This document shows positions 1-14,714 of a DNA stretch of 64,000 bases, one piece after another. Position numbers and translations under genes: made by a program. Source of the stretch: Camelus dromedarius (taxonomy: Eukaryota); NCBI RefSeq assembly GCF_036321535.1, contig NC_087437.1, positions 14,138,001 to 14,202,000 of the forward strand. Reading direction: 5' to 3'. Position 1 is the first letter of the stretch, and each line of letters opens with the position of its first letter. The notes beneath the pieces were generated by a model. That model was given only the letters and a program-made list of their open reading frames with translations, was not told where the DNA came from and searched no databases.

Positions 1-2
1 AA

Positions 3-299
<297 letters not shown>

Positions 300-1807
300 T
301 CAACTAACCTAAATGCCAAGAAGGAGGATTTACTACAACGACAAGTGGCCAGAAAAGGTCCAGCTGCCGAACAAGTGAAACTTTCCAACAATGGATGTTT
401 TTATAGTTCTGTCTTAGCTTAAGTCTTAAAGCATAACATGTTCATTGTCAGACAATGAGAATAGGTATGATAAATTGTGTACTAAACTGAATTTTAAAAC
501 ATGCCTAACTTTAAATTTTTTAATCTAATTAAAAAAAAAAAAACTTCTCAAAAATACTGTTAAACATGGCTCAAAATAGTGGACCAGACTCATGAGACTT
601 TGCAAATAAATGGAAAACCTAACTCCATCTACAATTATGTAAATCTCAAGTTAACACACAAATACTATCAGCCTCAAGGTTTCAAGATTTTTCTCTTCTC
701 TAGTCCTTTAGCCTTTACTCATCTAATAAATGATGTGAATCCTTATAAGCAAGATACACTATAAAAAAGATCCAGAGGTAGATTGGGAAAGATTAGAGAG
801 CTAGTGAAAAATCATTTACTGTAGTAAAGGTTAAAAAAAATTCTAACTTTGTTACAATGTACTATAACTGCAGTGTACTATACCTATTTAAATTCTAGAA
901 AAATCTTCAAACGAGCTACTAGCATTTCCTACACCACAGGAAAATTGTAAACAATAACCCGTCTCTTAAAAGCATTAAATGAAAGTTTGTCTAGAGAGGC
1001 AAGTTAGTGTGTATACATAGGGCAAAGCTATTACATGATTCAGAATTTGCATAAAAAATGAAAATACTAGCTCTAAGACAAAACAGAAGAAAAAACAAAA
1101 TGAGGAAAAGAAAAAGAAAAAAACTGAAAAAAGGAAAAACAACATGGTTTTAAGGATTAAAAAATTAACAGGAGAAAAACAGCAAATGACATATACTACC
1201 ACTGGAGATAAAATACTACCCAGACATTAAATAACAAAACAGGATATACTCTTAATAAATATAAAAATAAAACAGGAAAATAAAAGAGGGAGGGGAGGTA
1301 AGGAACCTCAACAAAAGGAAATCAAGTTGAAGGAGGCCTTAAATTCGTTTTGGGAGAAGGTTCCTTGACCAGGTGGTCCTCTGGCCACGTGGCCTCTGGC
1401 TAGAGTCTCAGGGTCAATGATGGATTACACTGCAAAGTGCCTGGTAAAGCTTAGGACTCCAAATACTTCCATACATAGTTCAAGTCAGAGCTGGTCCTCA
1501 ATAAAAAAAAAACAAAAATGCTTTGAAAGGGTTAAATCCAATTAGCTAGCAAATGTAGAAAGAAAAATTAACCTCTGATTTAACCTATTTTGTCTTCTAT
1601 GTATATATCTAACTGGTAAAAAAAAAATCTTTATTTGCAGACTAGACTCACCGGTGTGATAATATTCACATTATAAGAAAACTGCTCACTTTACTGAACT
1701 TAAAGTGATAAGCTCTTCAGATTTAAAAATATGATTTAACACCTATACAACAAGTGTTCACGTGCCTCTCAAAGAAAATAATGAAGGTAAATGCGGATTA
1801 TTGAAAT

Positions 1808-2030
1808 CAAGGATCACTACTATTTTCTGTAAAGGGCCAGCTGGTAAATTCTTTAGGCTTTGCTGGCCACACAGTCCCTGTTGTAACTACTCATCTCTGC
1901 TGCTGTAGTGTGAAAGCAGCTGTAGATAATACATATATCAATGAACATACCTGCGTTCCAATAAAATTTTACTTATAAAAACAGGTGGCTGACTGGATTT
2001 GGCTTGAGGGCCATAGTTTGTTGACTCCTG
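1808..2030 (+). mobile_element. MER58A-like hAT-Charlie MITE in NPHP3 intron 6
   Basis: Diagnostic tttctgtaaagggccag...ccaataaaatttta...tagtttgttgactcctg. Similar to the copy at 16032. Confidence 0.8.
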
Positions 2031-2046
2031 TTTAAAATTATCTTTA

Positions 2047-2226
2047 ACAAGGACCTACTATATAGCACAGGGAACTATATTCAATATCTTATAATAAACT
2101 ATAGTGGAAAAGAATCCAAAAAGAATATAGATATATATACATATATATGTATATGTATAACTGAATCATTTTGCTGTACACCAGAAACTAACACATTTAA
2201 ATAACCTGTATTTCAATATTAAAAAA
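2047..2226 (+). mobile_element. 5'-truncated L1 3' end (artiodactyl-type)
   Basis: caaggacctactatatagcacagggaactatattcaatatc...gctgtacaccagaaactaac plus A tail. TSD aaaattatcttta (2034-2046) / aaaatgatcttta (2223-2235). Confidence 0.85.
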
Positions 2227-2254
2227 TGATCTTTACATTCACGACATTAATCTT

Positions 2255-2463
2255 TTTTTAACTTTTTTCACTGAGTTATAGTCATTTTACAATGTTGTGT
2301 CAATTTCCAGTGTAGAGCACAATTTTTCAGTTATACATGAACATACATATATTCATTCATTGTTGCATTTTTTTCGCTGTGAGCTACCACAAGATCTTGT
2401 ATATATTTCCCTGTGCTATACAGTATAATCTCGTTTATCTGTTCCTCATATGCCTGTCAGTAT
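2255..2463 (-). mobile_element. 5'-truncated L1 3' end, different subfamily
   Basis: T-tract followed by ttacaatgttgtgtcaatttccagtgtag...ccctgtgctatacag. Degenerate TSD acgacattaatctt / atgacgctaatctt. Confidence 0.8.
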
Positions 2464-2680
2464 ATGACGCTAATCTTATGACCTATCAAACAAGCCTAAT
2501 AGTATGAAACTTTTAACTTTTTATTTTATTTAAGTATGAAAAGTCATAGAATTTACTGCATTTCATGGATTGTTTCTGATTATAAGAATCCAATTAGACC
2601 TTATCTTTCAAGTTCACTTGGCAATCTTAATTCTATTTACAAGTTTAACCCCTGTAATAAACTATAGAATTTTCAGCTTA

Positions 2681-2842
<162 letters not shown>

Positions 2843-3540
2843 CTAAAAACAAATTAAAATATATAAAAGCATAGCTTATTTAACTACAGATCTAGTCAGC
2901 TTTGCACTATTTAAAAGAGCATGCTTTAGAACAGGTATGTTGGATATTCTCTGATTTAAAATTTTAATATATATATAATCACATTTTAAAGACAATCTTT
3001 AAGAGAAAAGGCAAGTTTCTCTAGAAAATGAAAAGTAATAGCTTAGGCTTGGCTGTTTCCTCACTCAGAAAGTGATTTATCTCATAATAAAACTTAAAAT
3101 AACAGGAGTAAAATATTAGGCTATTTTGCTTTGGAATTTAGTTATCTTTTTTATTATTATAAATGATTTGTTTATTGTTATAGGGTGGAAAATATAAATC
3201 CATAGATTAATATAGTAAAAAATTGTCCACCATGATCTATTAGAACACAAAAGCAAACAGATATAAAATAAAAACATGTTGGTTTATAACAAATTAATTT
3301 ACTAAGTAATGATATTTATTATTATGCAATAAATTAGTAATTCCCTCAACATATGTATGAGAATAACCTATATTCAGTTAGTGAGTGGAACTTTTGGCTT
3401 GCAAAAATGTTTTATCTTTTTACCAAAATTGAGTATATCAAAAAAAGAAAGCTAAATGAATTTACTAGTCAACAATCTGGAGAGTGTTAATATAGCAGGT
3501 ATAGCACGTGACATGCATATTTATTTAAAATTCAGTAGAA

Positions 3541-3904
3541 CAGTAACTGACAAACTTTTTCTATAAAGGGCCAGATGGCAAATATTCTCACAAATTAATG
3601 ACAGCTAAGCAACTTGGCTGTTTTGGCAGAGGTCTCTGTGGTCCATTTAGTCTCCATCATAATTTATTCTGCCACTGGTGTGAAGCAACCAGAGACAATA
3701 CATTGAACATAGCTATGTTCCAGTCAAACTTTATTTACAGACAACAAAATTTGAATTTCATATAATTTTCACTTGTCAAAATATTACTCTTCTTTTGACT
3801 TTTTTTCAACTATTTAAAAATGTAAAAGCCAATCTTAGCTCCGGGTCATACACAAACAGGCTGCAGGCCAAATTTGATCCACAAGCTGCAGTTTGCTGAC
3901 CCTT
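3541..3904 (+). mobile_element. MER58B-like hAT MITE in intron 5
   Basis: aaactttttctataaagggccagatggcaaatatt...gcagtttgctgaccc ends, with a longer internal segment than MER58A. Confidence 0.7.
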
Positions 3905-4095
3905 ACCTTAGATTAACCCCAATGGCTGCCTTGAAAATTAAGAACCATGACAAGGATTAAATTTTATTATAACCTAAAACAGATTCAGGATAGGGCTGGC
4001 AGGTTTTAATTAAAGCAGGCACCACCAGTAAGGGTCTTAAACACTATGGAGAATGTATAATGAAGCATTCAAAAGCATAAAGTTCCAAGGCTTTA

Positions 4096-4431
<336 letters not shown>

Positions 4432-5298
4432 TCATCAGTTCCTGAAAAAACTTACTAGAAAACATTTGACAAGATGATTCCCCAAAAGTTAAAAAAAAAA
4501 CACAACAGGCATCATAGAATGAAATCTGATCTCATTTGCAATACTGAAGTAGCTTCTAGAATAACATCTCAGAAGGCAATCAGTCCTCTAACCCCAAATT
4601 CTATCCTGAGGCTTAAAGCAATCAATGTCACTAGTTGTCTTTGCTGGTGTACCCATGGCTCCAATCAAATGACAGGGAACTAGGCTACATGGGCTGTTCA
4701 GTCAGTTTGCTCCTCGAGGAGAGCCTACATTCCCACTGGCCTATGGTTTTACCAACTTATTATTCTTGAAATATACTGAGTCAAAAAGAAAGTTCAAGAA
4801 TGGCATAAAAAGAAAAGTAATCAAATGATAGTGAATGAATATTCTGAAACATATTTGGCTAATTCAAAAGGCATAGTTAAAAATGATTTTCATTTTGCTA
4901 AAAGATAAATAATTTCATAGTTTTAAGAAAAGTAAAGCTACTTATCACATCTCAGATCTGTGGTGGTATTTAAGTTCTGAACAGATCCTAAGAGCTGTTT
5001 TGGATATCAAATTATATAAAAATAGTGAAAATATTCTTTTGATAAAAATACTGTATTATATAACTGAGGTTTTGTATTCTACTCCACAAACTGCTCTAAC
5101 TTTCAACACCGTCAAAGATGCAGAGCGAAAGATTAAAAACTACTGTTTTTCAGTTAATCTACGTTAGACTCTCACTGCTCTACTAAAATACTGAAGAATT
5201 CAGACCAGCAGTTCAGTTATTAGAACCCACTGGCCAGTCTGACTGGGGAGCACCCTCTGATCCTGCTGTGAATTACGTAACTTCATTATCCCTGGTCA

Positions 5299-5640
<342 letters not shown>

Positions 5641-6894
5641 CTAGGTAGTGAAATTTCAAAAACTTATCATATATACTTAATAGGATTTCTAATTTAAAAA
5701 ATAGTACAATATTGTAAATACAACAAATGTTCAAACTGATTCTGAATTCAAAACAATGATTTTAAAAGTACTTTACCATCAACTTCTGGCAAGTTCTACA
5801 GTGGTGGTTATCATCTCAAATTTAAAAAGGGGATTAAAAAGAGAAAATAGATGAAAAGAAATTACAAATACAATAACCAAAGGAATTATAATAACAGAGA
5901 GAAGTGAAAAACATTCGCCCCAGCCACGAAAATTCTAAGAAACATTTCTAGCTATATGATTTAGGTATCGATGTAAAAGTTGAAGGAAAGAATTTCAAAG
6001 GAAACCTATTACTGGCACACTGGTAATTAATATTGGTAATCTATTAGGATGTAAGCTAAGCATATAAAGAGTACATTCTCTTTAACCTAACAGAGCAATA
6101 AAATTAATGTCTTAATCAATAGGTATTTATGAACATGTTGATTTTTTAAATAAGTATTATTTGCCAGAATAGTTGCATGGCATCCTTGACTAACTATAAA
6201 GTAAACTGGTATTTGAGCTAAATCTCTGGCAAAACTGAGAGTATTATTTGTAGATTTTTGAACTTCAAATGAGTGGCATTCCTTCAGGCATTTCTTCTTC
6301 AGGTTTAAATCAAAATATGAAGACCTGGGAGGAAATATTAACTTGTTTTTTATTAATTTGCCAAGAGAACTAGAATATTGAAACACTGTATGTTTTAACA
6401 TATGTCAATACTGAAATAATCACTAAGACTAACGTGGGGGCATAAAAGCATCTTCTTAGTCACTCTAAGCCATTAAGAATCACTTCATTTTTTTCTCAGA
6501 AGTTAGTAACAAAAGTCCCAGGATGCTGGTCAGATTCCAGCGGTACTAAAATACAAATTAAGAGGGAATTATCAGTTGCTGTATTTCACTCCAAAATATA
6601 TCAGTTTGTATATACATGGAGAATGACTGCATTTTTCCACTGCATTTAAAACAGAGTCTTTTTCTTTTTCCAATATCAATCGCACCTCATTAGTATTTCC
6701 TTAAAGCATGGTGGACCCTTCATTCTGTAATTCCAGATTTTTCTTTATTTCTAGAAAAAACGTACTTCTTATGTTTAATTACAAAATAAAAACTTGAAAA
6801 GTATTTCACAAAACTGCATTGGAACCCACTCAATGAAATATTATGCAGATATTCTGACAGTTGTAAAGAATACATCAATTATGTAGAAAAACAT

Positions 6895-7290
6895 GACAGA
6901 GACTACTGACTGTCGTCCAATATCTCTTCTCCCCCTCTTCCTTCAGTAACCCAACCCCAAACTTAATGTGGATACATGGCTCTCCTGCTAATGATCACAC
7001 TTTCCAATCTTCCTAGGAGTAGGAGTCATCTGTGCATCTTTTAGATTGTGCTTTCGAGGGAAGTAATGTATTCCCCTCCCTCTCTCCCTGGTTAAAATGC
7101 AGATGTGATGGTGGGACCTGGAGGAGCTATCTTAGACCAGAGAGAGAAGCTATGGGTTAAGGTCAGCAGAGCAATAAGACAGAAGGAAGCTCAACCTCTA
7201 CAACATCATGGACTTCATGGAAAAGAGCTGTTAGAGCAGCTGAGAAAGAAAGACAAAGTGCAACTCTATCTGTAACAGCAATTGCTTAAA
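6895..7290 (+). mobile_element. Old MaLR LTR (MLT1-type) in intron 3
   Basis: ccaatatctcttctccccctcttccttcagtaac...gatgtgatggtgggacctggaggagctatcttagacc, typical of MLT1. Confidence 0.55.
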
Positions 7291-7335
7291 AGGATTCAAA
7301 GTTGGCTCTACAGGATCATTACATTCAAGATATTA

Positions 7336-7563
<228 letters not shown>

Positions 7564-7699
7564 TCATCAACTTCTAAGGGAAAATTCTTTTATTCATAAA
7601 ATCAACATTCATTTGGTCCTTGATTGCCTCTTTTATAGGATGAATAACTTGAGTACCTCTACATCGCTGTTTTGTAACTGGAACCCGCTGGAATTCCAG

Positions 7700-7832
7700 C
7701 AGGATGCGTGTTTATGATGTGGGGCTGTCCAATGCAGTACCAGAGGTTTAGCAAATTTGTCCCCCTCCCACTAAATGCCAGTACTGCCCTCCCATACAAA
7801 ACGTCCCCAAACATTTCTAAATGCCTTCCCCT
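7700..7832 (+). mobile_element. hAT-Charlie MITE fragment (MER20-like) in intron 2
   Basis: ggggctgtcc...cccactaaatgccagtac...aaacatttctaaatgcc motif. Confidence 0.5.
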
Positions 7833-8036
7833 AATAAAAACACTTTTTTTTTCAAAATCTCTATTAAAATGTTCACTTCCATATCTTTTCTTTGAAACTC
7901 TCAAGTTTACCTGGTCCAGCTAAAAAATGTAAAAAGTGCTTTAGTCTAGTTCTTACAACTTGCATGACTGCTTCAACAACTATTTCTATTTATTCATCGC
8001 AGCATTATATGAACTTTTAAAACATAACTGTTTTTA

Positions 8037-8219
<183 letters not shown>

Positions 8220-9757
8220 TTATTTCTAACAAAAATAACATGCCTCTTGAACTTTATATTATCTTGCATACATATTACACATCTTAGAATTCTAACAATC
8301 TACTTATTTTTTACCAGTGATCAAGAACTGCATATTGCCATTTTATTCAAACACATAAAAAAATGCAAATATGCTTAAATTATAGTAGATGAAGACACTT
8401 AACATTACGCCTTCAATGGAAATGAATACTTTTTCTTTGAAATACTGCACTAGTTCTTAATCTTCCCTACACCTGTTCTCCATCTTTAACAAAAAGTACA
8501 ATTTGTAAAGCTTAACCTGAAGGATAATTAATTCTGAGACTCCACGCCTTTCTCATATTGCTATCTCCAGAGCCCTCGCAGTGCCTGACACACAGCAGGC
8601 TTCCCATAAATGTGTGATTGAATGGGTTAAATAAATACAGAAAAGGTTTTCTTAAAGCCTAGATAAGTGAAAAAGGAAAGGGTTACGTGAGGAATCAGGA
8701 TTGGTAATAGGAATAACCTGGGACTGGGACATATGTCAACACTTTAGTGCACTCTGCCCTGGTTGGTGCAGCCTTCTTGTCCACCGCCACCCCACAGTCC
8801 TTTGCAATATGCAGTGTCCACTGAACAATGGTTTGGATGGAAATCAGATGTCTGAAATGTCTAAGTCCATTTCATATATGCAAGTGCATTAAGACTGCCC
8901 AGTAGGAAATTGCTAAGACAACAGATAAACTGCTTATGTCTTCCCAGATAATAGTGCTAACTATACAACCGCTAACAGGAGTGGGTGTGTTAACTAGAAT
9001 GCCGAGTCTAGAAGGAAGAAGTCTTCTTTCTTTTAGAAAAATCAGCCTGAGGTATTTATTCTATTCCTACTGTAATGAGCCCAGGAATACCTGGGCTGTC
9101 CATAAGTTTCTCCCACAGCAAATATAGAGAGCAAGCTTAGAGGGGCCCCCAAAAGATGGCACAAAGTCTCACAACTTTGCCCACAGAAAAATACCCTTTT
9201 GCTTTATATACTATTTTAATTAGTTTAAATGGATCTACTACAGGGAGTGTAGGCGATAATTGTTTTTTGAGTAAATTAATCAAAATCAAAGGGCATTTGA
9301 CTACACCTAGAGAACGTTTTCAACTAGAGCAGTTAAGCAGGAGGCTTCCAGAAAATTTCACTTCAAGATCATTAAACCCCAAGAGCTATGGAACTTCACA
9401 AAGAAATTGGAGGTATGTAAAAATTGTGTGTGGGGGCGGCAGGGGGTTTTAAAAGTCCTGGGAAGCGTTTGATGAGTTGCTTCAACAGATGTCACCAGTC
9501 TTTTGTGTATATGTGTGCCCCGTGTGGACCTACTTCCCTGGAGATTGGCATTTGCTGCTTCAGGACACTTTCAGGCTAATTGCTTCAGTGTCCGGAGGCA
9601 TGGCCAGAAACAGAAAGGGGGAGGAGGTTTAGTTAAGCAATCAGTTTAGACCCCAAGACAATACGTCCCCTGAAACTAAAATTCTGAGCAGCTTCTGCTC
9701 AACTTTCCAGACTTTCTCGGTTTGGAGATGAGACAGGATGGACGAGGGGCGGAGTCA

Positions 9758-10420
<663 letters not shown>

Positions 10421-10599
10421 CTAGAGGAGGGACGGGCTGACGAGAGGGACAGGGCGGGGCAACCTGGAAGGACAGGGCGAGGGCAGGGTGGCTGGGCGGG
10501 GCGAGAGGAACGGAACTGATGGGGCGGGGCAGCAGGACTGGGCGGGGCGGAGAGAGAAGCGTGGAGCCGGCCGGACTGCCATTGCGTTACGTCAGGGCC

Positions 10600-11220
10600 C
10601 ACAAGCGAGCGCAAGTAGGTTTTACTCCGCTGACTCTACGTGTCTGGAGGCTTGCGGACCGGCGCGTGCCTCGCAGGGAGCGCTGGCCTGGGTCCGCAGT
10701 TGGTCCACCCGGGCTGTTGCTGTTTCTGTCTTGCCGCCGCTGCTGACCCAGCGCTCCGCTCCTGAGGCAACTGGGAAATCTGAGAAATTATTGAGCGGCT
10801 GCTGTGCGCCTTTCGTTGCGTGTCTCTCAGTAGGCGTGCAGTTGTAATGACCTCAGGGAGACATAGGACCAGCCAAGACAATGCTTTTAGGCTTTGCATC
10901 CTGAGATCCCCATGGACAATCCTTAGACAAGGTGAGGGTTTGACTTTTTGCAACAAAGGACTGTGGAGACCGCGCATCAGAGGAACTATGAGGCATCTCA
11001 CCAAATAAAGGGAAAGGTAGAATATTACAGTGTTTGAGGAGAGAGGTGGGGGAACTGTTTTAGGCTTTTAAGTCAGGGAAAGAACCGAGTTGGCATCTGC
11101 TCTCTTACCCTGTCTTGTGTTCTCTGCCCCTCCGCTGAGTTTCTGTCCTCTCCAGGTTTGGAGCCCTGGGAAAGAGGACAGGCGAAGGGGCAGGAAATAC
11201 TTCATTTGATTGACAGCTTG
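10600..11220 (+). ncRNA. Candidate divergent spliced lncRNA (NPHP3-AS1-like): putative exon ending at 10931 and exon 11156-11220
   Basis: Donor AAG|GTGAGG at 10931/10932, long pyrimidine tract with TCCAG| ending 11155, donor TTG|GTGAGC at 11220/11221. Human has a head-to-head NPHP3-AS1 (recalled). No expression evidence here. Confidence 0.35.
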
Positions 11221-11504
11221 GTGAGCTGGATATAGGTGCTCTTTGGACTTGGAGAACTGTTAAAGCTCCTTCTCACAGGGAGTTTTGTAAGTTCTTCAGA
11301 GACCCCTCTCCCTCTCATAACTGGAAGTCTTTAATCTTCAGTTCCCTTGACCCGGGCTGGTGCAGCCCTATTCCAGCTATTGCTCACTCCTTCCCCAGGA
11401 TCCTCTCCACTGATGTTTGTCCATCCCCATAGGGTCCCTCTTGGACAGATGCAAGATGATCCAGGGTATTTCACTTGTCCATGGGGCCTACATCTGATCT
11501 ACAG

Positions 11505-11845
11505 GTGCTACAGGTCAGGTTTCTTGTGAAGCAGACTCAGATGGAGATAACCATGGCGTATGTTTTTTGGGGAGTCCCCTTGAGATCAACACCTGTAGAA
11601 AGAGAGGGAAAAAAGAAAAGTTGATCAGCGGGAGAAGTTGAGCTACTGGGACTTCTGAAGCTGGGATGGCCCTGCAGAGTTGTCCTAAATTGGGGTGGGG
11701 GATAGGACCTTATACAACTATACCAGTTAGTCATTAGCTCTCTTCAGCCAGAGCAGTCCCAGTGGAGACTGACAGTAGAGGACTGCCTGCTGACATCACT
11801 TACAGTGGCTGGAGGAACAAGTCTTTCAGGCATCACAACATCTAC
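11505..11845 (-). mobile_element. ERVL LTR remnant (LTR16-like)
   Basis: gaagcagactcagatggaga...gggagaagttgagct...gctgggatggccctgcagagttgtcc motif. Confidence 0.55.
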
Positions 11846-13334
11846 CACAACAGGAAGCACAATCTTCGCCTCAAAGAACTGTGGGAATGCAGCCCAGTTC
11901 TCACTCCCTCCATCAAAGTAGCCAGTCCCTTCCCTTACCCTTTAGATTTTCTTCAGGAGGAAGTCAGACACCAGGCCATTGTGTTCTTCAGACTTCAAGA
12001 GATACATATTAACTTCTTCAGGTAGTCTCCTGGGATAAAAGAGAACGTTCCCACCATCAAGTATCTCAAGAACGTCTCTCTTTTAAAGACCTTTTCTGAT
12101 CTCTAACTTCTAATTGTTGTACCCTCAAGCTGAATCAGCGGTTTAAGGATCCTTCACTAAGTTTCAGACCATCTCCTTTGGAAAATTATGCATATTAGTC
12201 TTGTACCTCCTTTGGAATGTGCATCCTTAGAGACTTCCATTATTATGTTTGAGTAATAAAATTTAAAACCATCACCCATTTCTTCCAAACCAAGAAGAAA
12301 CTAAACTAACTTCCCACAGCTTGTGGAGTAAATTCAGATTCTGCAGCCTGAAACAAGTGCCCTGAAGCAGTGACCCCCCCACCTCTCATCTATCCAGTAA
12401 CTTCCGTCTCCCCACATTCCTCTACCCAAATCTTGTTGATTTTCTTCTCCTCCTCATACCAACATAGTTTCTATTTCCTTTCAGTATTCTGCCCACCCTC
12501 ATTTCTTTCAAAGTGTAGCTTCTTTCTCTAAGAAACTTTCCCTGGATAATCATACTTTTCAGGAGTTTATTATATCAATCATTTCAATTCAGTAATCTTT
12601 GCCTGTGTGCAGAGTACTGTGCTTGATTGTTTTCCTGACCTTATCCTTCATTAATTGTGTCTACATTCTATCCATCTGGGTTTTTTGGTAGTTGTTATTG
12701 TGATTATTCCATTTGTTGCTTAGATTCATCACCAGCAACCCTTACTGAGCTCTGCTAAGAACATAACGTAGTTAGTGCAAATGACTGATGACCCAGAGAG
12801 ATGTCAGATGTGGCCCTGTCCTCAAAAAGCATAGAGGTTGTCACTGCCTTCCTTAATAAACTTTACTTAGTTTTGCGGATGCCCCAAAACTCAAAACCAG
12901 GTTTGGTGAGATCATGGAGGCTTCCCCCTATATAGTGATTACTGGCTGTCTTTCTTATCAAAGACTGTATGCAAAAATTTAGCATGCATACTGACCTTGG
13001 GTAACTGTTGGTTAATGCATAAGTGACCTAAATGAGAGAGTGAGCACAGAGGTGATCAGTTACAGGGTGCTAGCTGGTATTTAGTATAATAGTGAGATTG
13101 GCTTCCAACATATTTCTTAATCCTAAAACATCACAGAATTTACTCCAATTTCCAGCCTCATAATTTGTTTCCCTTGTTTATGTTGTATTGAATTTAACCA
13201 ACAAACCTCAGTCTGCATTTTGAAAGGATAACTCTGAATATAGAACTTTGATGAGGAATAATGTCTATGGAAGGCAGCTTATGACTGATTAAAGATGGCT
13301 ACAAAATTTTTAATACTCTTTCCATTTAAAAAAC

Positions 13335-13524
13335 ATTTTAAAAAGTTTTATTCCTTTTGTTTTATTTGTTTATTTTTGTCTGTGGGTTATTTTGGGGCCG
13401 GGGGGAGTAGTTAGGTTTATTTAATTTATTTAAATTATTTTTTGGTAGAGGCACTGGGGATTGAACCCAGGACCTCATGCCTGTGAAGCACGTGCTCTAC
13501 CACTGAGCTATACCCCACCCCCCT
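13335..13524 (-). mobile_element. tRNA-Ala-derived camelid SINE (Vic-1-like)
   Basis: Reverse complement reads GGGGTATAGCTCAGTGGTAGAGCACGTGCTT..GAGGTCCTGGGTTCAATCCCCAG with A/B boxes and an AT-rich tail. Confidence 0.85.
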
Positions 13525-13558
13525 AATATTCTCTCCATTGAAAAGTGAGGTTTATGAT

Positions 13559-13743
13559 GAGGACAGGCTACATAATTTGTGGGTCTCAGTACAAAATGAA
13601 AATGCCCTTTGTTCAAAAATTTTAAATAACTTCAAGATGGCAGAGCATTAAACTAAGCATGGGGTCCTTTTGAGTTCGGGTCCCTATGCAACTGCACTTG
13701 TGGTTCTACAAAGGGCTGGTTGCACACCCATGACTACAGCCCA
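13559..13743 (-). mobile_element. MER45A-like hAT-Tip100 MITE
   Basis: ggctacataatttgtggg..caaaatgaaaatg..ttcaagatggcagagcattaaac..cacacccatga..agccc. Confidence 0.7.
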
Positions 13744-14399
13744 TTTCTGACTCTTCCCCCTTGAATCTGGTTGGGCTTTGTGACTGCTTTGACCAGTAGA
13801 GATGACACTGCCAGTTTCTGAGCCCAGGACTTGAGAGAATGGCAACTTCCACTTCCTTTGTCTTGGAACAGTCTCAACAGCCTTGAGCTGCCATGTAAGG
13901 AGACCTACTACCCCAACCAAGACTGCCAGACTGGAGAGGTGTGTAGGCATTCCAGGTGACAGGCCCAGTGGGCCCAGCCTTCTAGCCAAGGTATGTGAAG
14001 TGAAGCATGTTGGACTCTTCAGACCAACCTATTTGCTAGTTATATACCACTAAGTGACTAAGTGACTTCAGTCAGCACCACAGGGAGAACAGAAGAATCA
14101 CCTAGCTTGACCTTGGCCCAAATTCCTGGCCCACAAAACCATGAGATGTAATAAAATTGTTGGTTTAAGCCAATGAATTTGAGAATAATTTCTTCTTTCA
14201 CCCAGATCAAGAGAAACATTTCCCCACATTTGGTCAAGGTAGCTTGTAAAATTAATAAGCAGTGTTGCTGCCTTTTTAAAAACATGTGATTTGTAGAATA
14301 AATACCATTTGTGTAGGTAAGTGTGTGTGTGGTTCATACTATGAATATCAATCAGTTGGGACATTTGTTAAAAACTGAAATCCACCGAGTTTTAATTTC

Positions 14400-14714
14400 T
14401 GAGACTAGAACTTGCCAATTTGTAAGTTTAGTTAGCTCCCAGGTGATATGTACTTTAAGATCTCAGAACCACTGAGATTGCATAAAAACTGTGGCTCGTG
14501 GCTGGGGATGATCTAATTCCTTCCACTCAAAGTGTGGTCCACACATAGCAGCATCAGCATCACCCTGAAGCTGGTTAGGAATCATTCTCAGATTTCATCA
14601 CAGACACACTGAATCACAGTGTGCACATCTTTTTAGATCCATAGGTGATTTGAATATACCTTAAAATTTGAGAAACACTGCTGTGGAAAAATGATTCTTA
14701 ACCTTGGTTACACA
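14400..14714. mobile_element. MER5-family MITE fragments; the last one resumes at about 15175-15310 after the LTR insertion
   Basis: ctcaaagtgtggtcc..agcatcagcatcacc..tttgagaaacactg, and ccttggttacaca|LTR|..ttacttggagagctt. Confidence 0.6.

Larger units (their letters stand above)
13268..14195 (+). mobile_element. MaLR LTR (MLT1G/H-like), interrupted by a SINE and a MER45
   Basis: aaagatggctacaaa...ccccttgaatctggttgggctttgtgactgctttgacc...taataaaattgttggtttaagcca. Confidence 0.7.

Noticed and set aside
1290..1515. GC-richer intronic patch ending in AATAAA plus an A-run, resembling a retrocopy or cryptic exon
   Set aside because: No TSD found, no recognisable parent gene, and no convincing splice-site pair.
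10758..10771. RFX X-box candidate GCTCCTGAGGCAAC in the promoter of a ciliary gene
   Set aside because: Only the right half-site matches, too weak to call without ChIP or conservation data.
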